64,000 nt of DNA from Rubripirellula sp. (GTDB lineage Bacteria; Planctomycetota; Planctomycetia; Pirellulales; Pirellulaceae): NCBI GenBank assembly GCA_965216875.1, contig OZ244207.1:6272001-6336000 (forward strand), given 5' to 3'. Below are positions 50,601 through 59,338 of the stretch, piece by piece. How positions within the stretch are numbered: position 1 is the stretch's first letter; every line of letters begins with the position of its first letter. The translations under genes were made by a program, and so were the position numbers. A model generated the notes under the pieces. The model was given only the letters and a program-made list of their open reading frames with translations. It was not told the origin of the DNA and searched no databases.

Positions 50601-50950
50601 GGTAGGAGCTCAATGATTCAAGTGAACGTAAGTCATTTACGCTCTGATGAGTCACCAAAGAGGTGCATAGAAATTCTGTAGCACGCGCGGGGGGACATGC
50701 TGTTGCGAATCGGTCTCATGTGCAATCGATTTGACGATCGTCGTTGATTTGGGGTGTTGTGACGGTTGTTGCGGTTGTTGTGATTGTGAGTTTGTCATGT
50801 TCCGCAAAACAATTCGGCCGTTTCACTTGCAAAACACGTTGGCGTCGAATTGGTGACCTACCTTTTCAATGGTGCTGCGCGCACGTTGCGCGAACATCTC
50901 CGTTTCCGACGACCATTGACCAAGACGCACATTCTGAAAGGGGGGCAGAC

Positions 50951-51349
50951 GTGTTTGATTCGTCCAGCGCACGCCTGTTATTGATCGAGAAGGAGCCAGT
51001 CCTTCGCGAGTTGACCACCTTTCGACTGCAGCTCTTGGGTTACCAGATTCATGTGGTTGAATCGGGGGCCGAAGCGATGGTCGAAATCGGACGCGATGCG
51101 CCCAACCTCGTGATCGTCAACACCACGCTCGCCGACGGCGATGGGATCGAATGGATCGCGCGAATGCGAAGTGAGTACACGGCGGAACAAGTGCCGGTCC
51201 TTGTATTTTCACTCGACCCAAGTTTGGAAACGGTGGAACGAGCGTTCCATTCGGGCGCCCAAGACTATTTGATCACGCCCTTTGATCCGACCGTCATGGA
51301 AGAAAAGATCGAAGCGTTGCTTACCGGACAACATGCGGCGACCAAATAG
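50951..51349 (+). CDS. Single-domain atypical (pseudo-)receiver protein
   Basis: CheY fold pattern (DGIEW, PVLVFS, GAQDYL..PF), but VIVNTTL replaces the phospho-Asp. GTG start after a GGGGG RBS-like run. Confidence 0.8.
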   Translation: MFDSSSARLLLIEKEPVLRELTTFRLQLLGYQIHVVESGAEAMVEIGRDAPNLVIVNTTLADGDGIEWIARMRSEYTAEQVPVLVFSLDPSLETVERAFHSGAQDYLITPFDPTVMEEKIEALLTGQHAATK

Positions 51350-51411
51350 CAGCCACCTCACCCTACCTACCACCCTGCCCCTTCCCTGATGGGACAACCG
51401 AGACCCATGCG

Positions 51412-53163
51412 ATGCGACGACTTGGCGATATCCTGATCGAAAAGGGAACGCTTACCGAAGAACAACTCGAGGAAGCGTTCAGCACCAAACCACGCGACAC
51501 GATGTTGGGTGATTGGTTGGTTCGCCAACGACTGTTGTCGGTGGCCGAGCTCGGTTATGCGCTCGCCGATCAATTCGAAGTCCCCTACATCGATATCGAT
51601 CCTGCCAACGTGGACCCGCAAGTCGCGCGTTTGTTGCCCGAGGACTTTGCACGCTCTCACCTAGCCGGTGCGATCGAGATTTCACAGGGCCATATGACCC
51701 TTGCGATGGTTGCTCCGGACGACATCGGCACCATCGCCGAGGCGGAACTCATGACGGGTTATCAGATTCGGCCCGCTGTCGCGATGGAAGAGGATATCGA
51801 CGCGTTCATCAGTCGGATGTACGACGATCGAAGTGTCGCACGTCAGACGATCGTTGACATGAAGCTTGCCGAACTACGCGAAGCGGGTGTCAACGCCGAC
51901 GAGAACAACGGCGCGATGTTGGCGGCCGAACAGGAAGATGCACCGGTGGTTCGCCTTGTTCAAGCGATCCTTGCCGGGGCCGTTTCGGCCGGGGCGAGCG
52001 ACGTGCACTTGGAGCCGTTCAAACCAGAAATGCGCGTTCGCTATCGCGTCGACGGCGAACTGCAACAAGTGATGACGATTCCGAACCATATCGAAGATTC
52101 AGTGGTCAGCCGGATCAAAGTCATGGCCGATATGGACACGACCGAGAATCGCCGACCACAAGACGGACACCTGAGCGTTTTCGAAAATGGACACCGGGTC
52201 GGATTTCGTGTCAGCGGCATTCCAACGGTTGACGGCCAAAAGCTGGTTCTTCGACTCCTCGAAGAAGGCAGCAAAACGTTCGCTCTCGATAGCATCGGGA
52301 TGACCCGACGCGACTACGAGCGAATGCGCGCGATGATCGACAAGCCGCACGGAATGTTCGTCGTTACTGGCCCGACCGGTAGCGGAAAAAGCACGACGCT
52401 GTACGCAGCACTCCAACACCTTAACGGTGACGACCGCAACATTGTGACCGTTGAAGACCCCGTCGAATACCGTATTGCTGGCATCAATCAAGTGCAAAGC
52501 GACAACGAATTCGGAATGGGTTTTGCCAACGCACTCAAGTTCATCATGCGACAAGACCCCGACGTGATCATGGTCGGTGAAATTCGAGATAGTGAAACGG
52601 CAACAACTGCGATCCAAGCGGCGCTGACTGGCCACTTGATGATCAGCACACTGCACACAAACGATGCCGTTGGCGCGGTTCAGCGTCTGAGTGACCTTGG
52701 CGTCGACAATTTTAAGATTGCTGGTTCGTTGCTCGGAAGCGTCGCCCAACGTCTGCTTCGTTGCGTCTGCGAAAACTGCAAACGCAGCGTTCCGGCAAAC
52801 GAAAACATGTTGAATGCACTCGACCCCGAGGGGACCGTGCCTCGCGATGCAAAGTTCTATCGCGGTGACGGCTGCAAGAAATGTTTGGGCACCGGTTTTA
52901 GTGGACGGATACCGATCTTCGAGATCATGCCCATCACGCCTGACATCACGATGGCCATCGAAGCCGGCGTGCCCCATTCGAAGTTGCACCAAATGGCGGT
53001 TGATGCCGGAATGGTGCAATTGTCGCTAGCCGGTTTGGAACAGGCACTCGCAGGGCGCACGTCGATCGAAGAGGTGTACTTCAAGACGAGTGGCGATCGA
53101 CGAGGTGGTGACTCGGCCCCCGTCGCAGGCGGCCGCCGTGAACTCGACGCAGCGCACGCATAG
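51412..53163 (+). CDS. Type IV pilus/T2SS assembly ATPase PilB/GspE with N-terminal MshEN motif
   Basis: RLGDILIEKGTLT, ASDVHLEP, GPTGSGKST, EDPVEY, RQDPDVIMVGEIRD, TGH..STLH and two CxxC motifs. Confidence 0.92.
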   Translation: MRRLGDILIEKGTLTEEQLEEAFSTKPRDTMLGDWLVRQRLLSVAELGYALADQFEVPYIDIDPANVDPQVARLLPEDFARSHLAGAIEISQGHMTLAMVAPDDIGTIAEAELMTGYQIRPAVAMEEDIDAFISRMYDDRSVARQTIVDMKLAELREAGVNADENNGAMLAAEQEDAPVVRLVQAILAGAVSAGASDVHLEPFKPEMRVRYRVDGELQQVMTIPNHIEDSVVSRIKVMADMDTTENRRPQDGHLSVFENGHRVGFRVSGIPTVDGQKLVLRLLEEGSKTFALDSIGMTRRDYERMRAMIDKPHGMFVVTGPTGSGKSTTLYAALQHLNGDDRNIVTVEDPVEYRIAGINQVQSDNEFGMGFANALKFIMRQDPDVIMVGEIRDSETATTAIQAALTGHLMISTLHTNDAVGAVQRLSDLGVDNFKIAGSLLGSVAQRLLRCVCENCKRSVPANENMLNALDPEGTVPRDAKFYRGDGCKKCLGTGFSGRIPIFEIMPITPDITMAIEAGVPHSKLHQMAVDAGMVQLSLAGLEQALAGRTSIEEVYFKTSGDRRGGDSAPVAGGRRELDAAHA

Positions 53164-53172
53164 GAGAACGTC

Positions 53173-54318
53173 GTGGTAAGCAAAGCAATCTCCCGACCCG
53201 CTGGCGAAAGCGGCATCCTTGGCTTCTTCAAGAAGTTGCACTCGATCCAGATCGGAGGGCCAAAACATGGTGATCCGACTCGCATTAAGCCAAACCAGCT
53301 CGCAGAGATTCTGCGATTGCTGTTGATGCTGCTCGAAAACGGCCTTTCGATGCCAAAGGCGCTCGCATCACTTGCGTCCGACCAATCGATGAAGAAGCAT
53401 GCACAGGTGTTGCATCGATTGCGATTGAATCTTGAGGCGGGTGGATCGCTCAGCAGTGGGATGGAGCTCTTTCCGCGTACGTTCACTCCGATGCAGGTCC
53501 AACAAATCCGTATTGGTGAACAGACCGGGGCGCTCGAAAGAGCACTCGATCGGGTTTGCGAACAGATGGAACGCCAGGCTGCACTGCGAAAACGGATCAT
53601 CAAGAAGATCAGCTATCCCATTCTGATCACCGTCGCGGGCGCAGGCTTGATGATCTTTATGTGTGTGGTGGTGGTCCCCGAATTTGAAACCGTGTACTCG
53701 GGGAGCGGCGTCGATTTGCCGACCGTCACGCGGGTCGTGACGGGAACCAGCCGTTTCGTCATTCGCTGGGGGTGGATCGCACTTCCCGCGATTGCCTTGA
53801 CGTTGACCGCTTGGGTCATGGCCAGGTCGCGGCCCCGTACAGCACGAAAAATCGATGCGGCGCTCTTGCGATTGCCGCTGGTTGGTCCCTGGCTTCGCGA
53901 CGTTGCTGTGTTGCAGTTCGCCGAGGCAATCTCGTCGATGATCGAATGTGGTTACAAACCCGTCGACGCCGTTCGCGTTGCGACCAACTGCGTCCGCAAT
54001 CTCGAAGTACGAGGGGCTGTGGATGAGGTTCAACGGGGCGTTCAGCGGGGCGAGAAGCTCAGTGACGAATTGCAAAAGCACGAGCGGTTCTTTTCCGCAA
54101 CGCTCTGCCAGTTGGTTGGTGTCGGCGAACAGTCGGGCGAGTTCGGCAAGGCAATGCGCGGCACGTGCGACCATCTTCGTGAACGACTTGAAACGCGAAT
54201 TGACGCCACCGTCGGCATGCTTGAACCGACGCTGACAATCACCCTTGCCGCAGCGATTGGTGGCATCGTGTTGTCAATCTACACGCCGATGTTTCATATG
54301 TTTGAGGTGCTCGAATGA
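53173..54318 (+). CDS. Type IV pilus/T2SS platform protein PilC/GspF
   Basis: GEQTGAL, SYP, VVVPEF, GEQSGE, LEP and IYTPMF. Confidence 0.9.
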   Translation: MVSKAISRPAGESGILGFFKKLHSIQIGGPKHGDPTRIKPNQLAEILRLLLMLLENGLSMPKALASLASDQSMKKHAQVLHRLRLNLEAGGSLSSGMELFPRTFTPMQVQQIRIGEQTGALERALDRVCEQMERQAALRKRIIKKISYPILITVAGAGLMIFMCVVVVPEFETVYSGSGVDLPTVTRVVTGTSRFVIRWGWIALPAIALTLTAWVMARSRPRTARKIDAALLRLPLVGPWLRDVAVLQFAEAISSMIECGYKPVDAVRVATNCVRNLEVRGAVDEVQRGVQRGEKLSDELQKHERFFSATLCQLVGVGEQSGEFGKAMRGTCDHLRERLETRIDATVGMLEPTLTITLAAAIGGIVLSIYTPMFHMFEVLE

Positions 54319-54647
54319 TCCGATCACGATCGCGTGGATTCACCCTGCTGGAACTGATCGCCGCCGTCATCATTGCATCGATGTTGATGGTCCTGAGTAT
54401 TCGGTTCATGCGCCCGCCCGCAGAAGCAGGCTCACAGCGCAGCTGCGACTTGACGCGTCAATTACTACAGAACGATGCCGACCGTTTTCTCGAAACCGTT
54501 GGCCGCTCGCCATCACGCGACCTCCGCGAACTGCGCAGCGATGACTATTCCGGAGTCGTCCTCCCGACTTGCCCGGTCACCGGCGAACCGTATTCGATCG
54601 ACAACTCGGGCGTCGTCGTGTGCCCAACTCACGAAGCAACACGCTGA
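54315..54647 (+). CDS. Small type IV pilin with Cys/His motif
   Basis: RG|FTLLELI prepilin site; ATGA overlap with pilC; C...CPVTGEPY...CPTH. Confidence 0.85.
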   Translation: MIRSRSRGFTLLELIAAVIIASMLMVLSIRFMRPPAEAGSQRSCDLTRQLLQNDADRFLETVGRSPSRDLRELRSDDYSGVVLPTCPVTGEPYSIDNSGVVVCPTHEATR

Positions 54648-54676
54648 AGAACCAGTTCAGACGTCCACCTGCGAGA

Positions 54677-54728
54677 CGCCCTTTGGCGGGATGCGAGAAG
54701 ATTCCGGCTGAAGCTCGGTACTACGAAC
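54677..54728 (+). repeat. REPIN-like element family B, copy 4 (5' degenerate)
   Basis: cgccctttggcggg...gaagattccggctgaagctcggtactacgaac. Confidence 0.7.
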
Positions 54729-54756
54729 CACTGATCTGCACTGATCGAACACTGAT
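54726..54756 (+). repeat. ~10-bp periodic triple repeat (cactgat x3)
   Basis: aaccactgatctgcactgatcgaacactgat. Confidence 0.6.
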
Positions 54757-54895
54757 TTGGCTCAGGCATCAGAATGCCACGCGATATGCGGACACACTCA
54801 CCCGTGTCCCCTTTTCCGCCGCCTGTGCGCCGCGTGCAGATTTGGGAAGATGCAATCATGGACTGCGCCGTCGAATTCATGGAGGAGGCATGTAG

Positions 54896-55792
54896 ATGAA
54901 GTCGATGTTTCGATCCGATTCATCCAAAGCGTTGATGCTTGAGTGGTACGAGCGGTTTCATGATCGTTTGTGCGTCCCGACGGAGCGTCGTACGGTGAAC
55001 ACACGGTGCGGTGAGACGCACGTTTTGGTTGGCGGTCGAGCAGAGAGTCCCCCCGTTGTGTTGTTGCATGGCGCCATGGCCAGCTCGGCCCATGTCATGG
55101 TCGAGGCGGCGCCGCTGCTAGACCGGTATCGCATCTACGCTGTCGATGTAATGGGTCAGTCGCCTAAGAGCGCCGACTATCGACCATCGGTTGCCAATCA
55201 GGAATACGGCCAGTGGCTCGGTGACGTGATGGATGCCCTCGAGCTCCCGCGTGCCCATCTCGTTGGTATCAGTTGGGGTGGATTTGTGTCCTTGCAACTT
55301 GCCGCGCTTTCGCCTCAGCGCATCGAGCGTTTGGTTCTGATGGTCCCCGCTGGAATCATCAATACGCCAGCTTGGACGGGGTTCAAAAGGATGGGACTGC
55401 CCTTGCTGTTGTATCGGTTGTTTCCCACCGATCGCCGGTTACAGGCGTTTCTGCGGAACCTGTTGACCACGACCGATGATGACTGGGCAAGTTATCTGCG
55501 TGATGCGCTGGGGGCATACAGGCTCGACATGCGTGTACCCCCCTTGATCCGACCGGGCACCCTAGATGACTTGACGGCGCCGACGTTGGTCATCGCGGCC
55601 GACGGCGACGCGAGCTTCCCGGGATCTAAATTGCTCAAGCGTGCCAGCGAGCTCATCCCTTCTTTGGTTGGTCAGGAGCTTCTGTCGGACAGCAACCATT
55701 GCCCGCCAACAACCGACGAGTTTCGTGCATGGATGAGCGAGAGGATCGGTGCATTCTTGGACGGCGATCAGGACCAGTCTGCTGCACGATGA
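54896..55792 (+). CDS. Alpha/beta fold hydrolase
   Basis: LLHG, AVDVMGQ, GISWGG nucleophile elbow and NHC; GGAGG RBS. Confidence 0.88.
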   Translation: MKSMFRSDSSKALMLEWYERFHDRLCVPTERRTVNTRCGETHVLVGGRAESPPVVLLHGAMASSAHVMVEAAPLLDRYRIYAVDVMGQSPKSADYRPSVANQEYGQWLGDVMDALELPRAHLVGISWGGFVSLQLAALSPQRIERLVLMVPAGIINTPAWTGFKRMGLPLLLYRLFPTDRRLQAFLRNLLTTTDDDWASYLRDALGAYRLDMRVPPLIRPGTLDDLTAPTLVIAADGDASFPGSKLLKRASELIPSLVGQELLSDSNHCPPTTDEFRAWMSERIGAFLDGDQDQSAAR

Positions 55793-55819
55793 GTTGACTC
55801 GCTCTTCTGAGATCACTTG

Positions 55820-56326
55820 CTAGGAGTCGCTCGCTTGCGGGTCGTCGTCGATTCCACGTGCTTTTAACACGACGTCTTGTTCGAGTGACGCGCGTAGATC
55901 TTGGAACGATTTGCGGACGGGTGAAACGAGTCTCTGCATGCTGATCTGCGCAGCTTTCAATGCCTTCAACTTTTCGAGGTTACTCAGTTGTTGCCCACGT
56001 CGAATGTCGGCGATCAGGCTTGTCGTTGTTGATTCCCACTGGGCTGCAATGGCCGCAAATCGTGTTTCTAATTGGACGACCCGATCGAGTGATGATCGAT
56101 AGCGTCCCTGTTGAAACTCCCTTTCCGCTTCAGACAATTCGACGGGAAACCCACGCAATCCACTGAGTCCGCTGATCGCGCGACCGCTGGGCAGTCCTCG
56201 TATCTCGCCTCCCGGCAATCTTTCGGTTCGTTGTATCGCAGTGACCACCAACGAAAACTGTGATGCGTTTGTTGCAGACACGTTTTGACTCAATTTCTGC
56301 TGAAGGTTCGTGTGAGCGTAAGTCAC
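55820..56326 (-). CDS. Hypothetical helical protein
   Basis: 168-aa ORF filling the gap, with a coiled-coil-like C-terminal half; start uncertain. Confidence 0.45.
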   Translation of the reverse strand: MTYAHTNLQQKLSQNVSATNASQFSLVVTAIQRTERLPGGEIRGLPSGRAISGLSGLRGFPVELSEAEREFQQGRYRSSLDRVVQLETRFAAIAAQWESTTTSLIADIRRGQQLSNLEKLKALKAAQISMQRLVSPVRKSFQDLRASLEQDVVLKARGIDDDPQASDS

Positions 56327-56460
56327 GATCCGTTCATTCTAGTGATGCGTTGGCGAGCAAGAGCCACTGGTCCGTAAAGGTCTGAACGCTGCGGTGCACG
56401 GGGTTGGTTAGTGTTCCGGACATGGGAACTGATCGGCTCGTTCGTTGAGGAGGTGGTGAG

Positions 56461-56490
56461 AACCGCAGATGAACACGAATGAACACAGAT
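56461..56490 (+). repeat. 10-bp periodic triple repeat
   Basis: aaccgcagat gaacacgaat gaacacagat, followed by gtagataaga x2 at about 56502-56521. Confidence 0.6.
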
Positions 56491-56549
56491 GGATGTGGAT
56501 GGTAGATAAGAGTAGATAAGAGAGCTGGGTGTGTCATGCGGAGCATGAC

Positions 56550-57599
56550 CTACGCGGCGCGTGGTGTGAGTACGGTGCAGGTGTCGCCCACTTCAAGTTG
56601 CAAGGCGTTTGCACTGGCTCGATTGATGACAAGTTCGTCAGGTGTGCAAATCGCGCTTTGGTAGACGCTTGCAAACCCACCCGCCGAACTGCATAGGATC
56701 AGCGGCAGGTTGTCGCCGGCAACTTCGTCCAAAATCTTGGTGACTTGCATCTCGCGACTGCGTCGTACCGCGTTGATTTCTGTCTTTTCGCAACTGACCA
56801 TGGGGCCGGCGTCAAAAATGTCGACAAATTCAGTCGCCTGGAACCCTTCGCTCTTGAGCAGTTTGAGGGCAGGAACCGTTTCATCATGAACCTGGCCGAT
56901 CCCTTCGCGTATTTCATCAGGCAATAGATCGAGGTAGACCGGATGCTGTGGCATCATCTCTTCGATGAACTGTTTTGAAACCGTCGACATGGCATCGACG
57001 GTTGCAAAGTCGGTGGGGATAAAGCGACCAGGTACAGCTTGCCAAAAAGGGACGCTGCCATCGGGGTTCGCTTTGCCCCGCATTTCTGCGATCACACGAT
57101 CAGCAAAGCGATGAGGCATCATCGCGATCAGTGCAAACCGAGCAAGAGACAGCCAGCGGCCACGACCCTCGCCGCGGTATTTGCCGCGCAAGAATAGGCT
57201 GCCAATCTCGGTTGGCCCATCGTGAATCCGAGTCAATTCAAGGATCGTTCGATGATGGCTGATGCCAAGCATCTCGCTGTGATGATCCGATTCGGCCAAG
57301 CGATAGGCGTACAGCGGTTGATAGCCGCCGCTCTTGGCATAGATCGTCGATGTGCCAACGAGTTCGCCAGCATCGTCGTCGACTAGGACTAAGACAAAGG
57401 GTTCGCCGCGCGGCGACAATCCGCTGCGTGAAAACGCAAAGGTGGAATGCTCGACGCGGTCAAGCAGGCGGTTGCGGTCAAGTTGCAACGAGGTGAGTCC
57501 CTTGGTCGCCGATTGAACCAATTGGTTCAATGCGTCGAGGTCATCGAGTCGAACTGCGCGAACCGTCCACATACCGAAACCGCCAACGTTTGTTGTCAA
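56550..57599 (-). CDS. astA: Arginine N-succinyltransferase (AstA family)
   Basis: VRAV..DDL, GLTSL, TEIGSLFL, LSLARF, VIAEMRG, PFW, IGQVH, LKSEGF and VDIFDAGP; start may be ATG 57572. Confidence 0.88.
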   Translation of the reverse strand: MTTNVGGFGMWTVRAVRLDDLDALNQLVQSATKGLTSLQLDRNRLLDRVEHSTFAFSRSGLSPRGEPFVLVLVDDDAGELVGTSTIYAKSGGYQPLYAYRLAESDHHSEMLGISHHRTILELTRIHDGPTEIGSLFLRGKYRGEGRGRWLSLARFALIAMMPHRFADRVIAEMRGKANPDGSVPFWQAVPGRFIPTDFATVDAMSTVSKQFIEEMMPQHPVYLDLLPDEIREGIGQVHDETVPALKLLKSEGFQATEFVDIFDAGPMVSCEKTEINAVRRSREMQVTKILDEVAGDNLPLILCSSAGGFASVYQSAICTPDELVINRASANALQLEVGDTCTVLTPRAA

Positions 57600-57653
57600 T
57601 AAGTGCCCCGGGCGAACATGTGCCCGAGTGAGTCCCCGGAATGCTTCGAGCGA

Positions 57654-59075
57654 CTAGCTGCCGAGTTGATTCTTGAATGCCGCGAGCGATTGATCGAGCA
57701 ACGCCAATGCCGCGTCGATGTGCTCGGTTGTCGTATTGGCGGGTGGGGGGACGAAACGAATTCGAGTCGGATCGGATCCACAGACAAAACCAAGTAAACC
57801 TGTTTCGTACATGATCGTCATCAACGTCTTGGCTTGGTCAAAGCTACCATCACCTGGCGTGAAGCCGATCATCATGCCTTCGCCGTACGGTCCGCGGACA
57901 AGCCCCGGGTATTTGTCAGCGAGACTCGCCAGTCCGGCAGCGAAGTGCTCGTGGCGTTTGACGTTTTGTCCATCGGGTCCAAAACACCCGCCCTCTTCAA
58001 GCAGGTCCAGCATCTCGATCCCGGTTGCGATGGCCGACGACGAACCGGTAAAGGTTTGACTGAGGATCGGTCCAGTCGGTTTGAAGCTTTCGCCGTAAAG
58101 CGTTGCGCAAACCTGCGTGATTTTTCCCACGGTCACAATGTCGGCAAAGTGATCGAGCTGGAAATGTTGGAACGCAAAGGGTCGACTCGTTCGTGAGAAC
58201 GATTGAACTTCGTCAAAGATGATTGTCACCCCAGCTTCGCGAAGCGGCTCGCAGAGTGCTGTGAAGAACTCTTGGCTGCCGGGATAGTATCCGCCTTCTC
58301 CGGCGATCGGTTCCGCCCAAAAGGCAGCGTAGCGGCTGGGGTGTCGTTTCAAGAGTCGATGAACTTCATCAACAGCCCATCGTTGGCTTCGCTCGGGATT
58401 GGCTGGGTCACGAAAGGGGATGTAATCGACATTCAGAGTGAGCGGCAAACCGGCTCGATAATTAGGGCGGTCGGTCAATGCCGCCATCGCCATGGTCCGT
58501 CCAGCAAACGCGTTGTCAAAGGCGATGATTCGGTCGGCAGGAGCTTTGTTGTGGAAGGCGATCTTGAGTGCGTTCTCATTCGCCATCGCACCGCTGGTCG
58601 AAAGCAGGCAGTGGTCCAGTTTTGCTCCCGACTGTGTTGCCAGCTCAAGAATCTTTTCGCACAGTTTCAGACTCGGTGGATGCTGTTGCAGGTTGCCCTG
58701 CATCACGGTGTCCTCGAGCGCCGAGTCGATCGTGGCCGAGATCATCGCTTGATCGGAATGGCCTGCGCCGTGGACACCGATGCCGCAGATGAAATCGAGC
58801 TTGACACTTCCGTCGGCCAGTTCGACGTAGGGGCCGTTGCCGAGACCTGATGAGAGGTATGGCCAAAAGGGCGTCCCCCCGCGTGCGACACCAAGTCGAT
58901 CGAGCATCGCCTGATAGCTGTCAAGCAGATCGGGCTGGGGCGGAGCAACGCCGCTGATCGCGCCACCATGTTCGGCGACTGCCTCGGCAATCAAACGCTT
59001 TGCTTCGGCGATGCGCGGGTCGGCTCGCAGAGCTTCGGCGTGAGTTGACGAGGATTGGGGTGCGGCTTGGTTCAC
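57654..59075 (-). CDS. Class III PLP aminotransferase (acetyl/succinyl-ornithine or lysine/GABA type)
   Basis: SGAMANENALK, AFAGRT, EPIAGEGG, IFDEVQ, TVGK and SQTF; GTG 59075 follows GAAGGAG. Confidence 0.82.
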   Translation of the reverse strand: MNQAAPQSSSTHAEALRADPRIAEAKRLIAEAVAEHGGAISGVAPPQPDLLDSYQAMLDRLGVARGGTPFWPYLSSGLGNGPYVELADGSVKLDFICGIGVHGAGHSDQAMISATIDSALEDTVMQGNLQQHPPSLKLCEKILELATQSGAKLDHCLLSTSGAMANENALKIAFHNKAPADRIIAFDNAFAGRTMAMAALTDRPNYRAGLPLTLNVDYIPFRDPANPERSQRWAVDEVHRLLKRHPSRYAAFWAEPIAGEGGYYPGSQEFFTALCEPLREAGVTIIFDEVQSFSRTSRPFAFQHFQLDHFADIVTVGKITQVCATLYGESFKPTGPILSQTFTGSSSAIATGIEMLDLLEEGGCFGPDGQNVKRHEHFAAGLASLADKYPGLVRGPYGEGMMIGFTPGDGSFDQAKTLMTIMYETGLLGFVCGSDPTRIRFVPPPANTTTEHIDAALALLDQSLAAFKNQLGS

Positions 59076-59338
59076 GACGTGACTCCTTCGGTTGGATCTT
59101 GGCTGGCCCATCAGGGAGGCGATGGACACAGACATAGTAACGTTCTGGGCTGAAATGGTTCAGGGTCAGTTTTTTGGCTCGCTGTGCCGCCGCTATTGAG
59201 AATCACTGGCTTCCCAGTGTCGAATGCCCGGCCGCTCGCGCGATCACGCCTCAAAACGAGTGCTTCGGCCATGTATAAACACACATCGGGTCGCCAACCT
59301 GATCCGGACCCGAACACCAATCTCACTTTGGGCAAACC

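Noticed and set aside
50601..50950. c-di-GMP riboswitch or sigma-54 promoter between the DGC and pil genes
   Set aside because: Two gcaaaac words are present but no GEMM P1/P2 architecture; tggcgtcgaattgg lacks the GG-N10-GC spacing.
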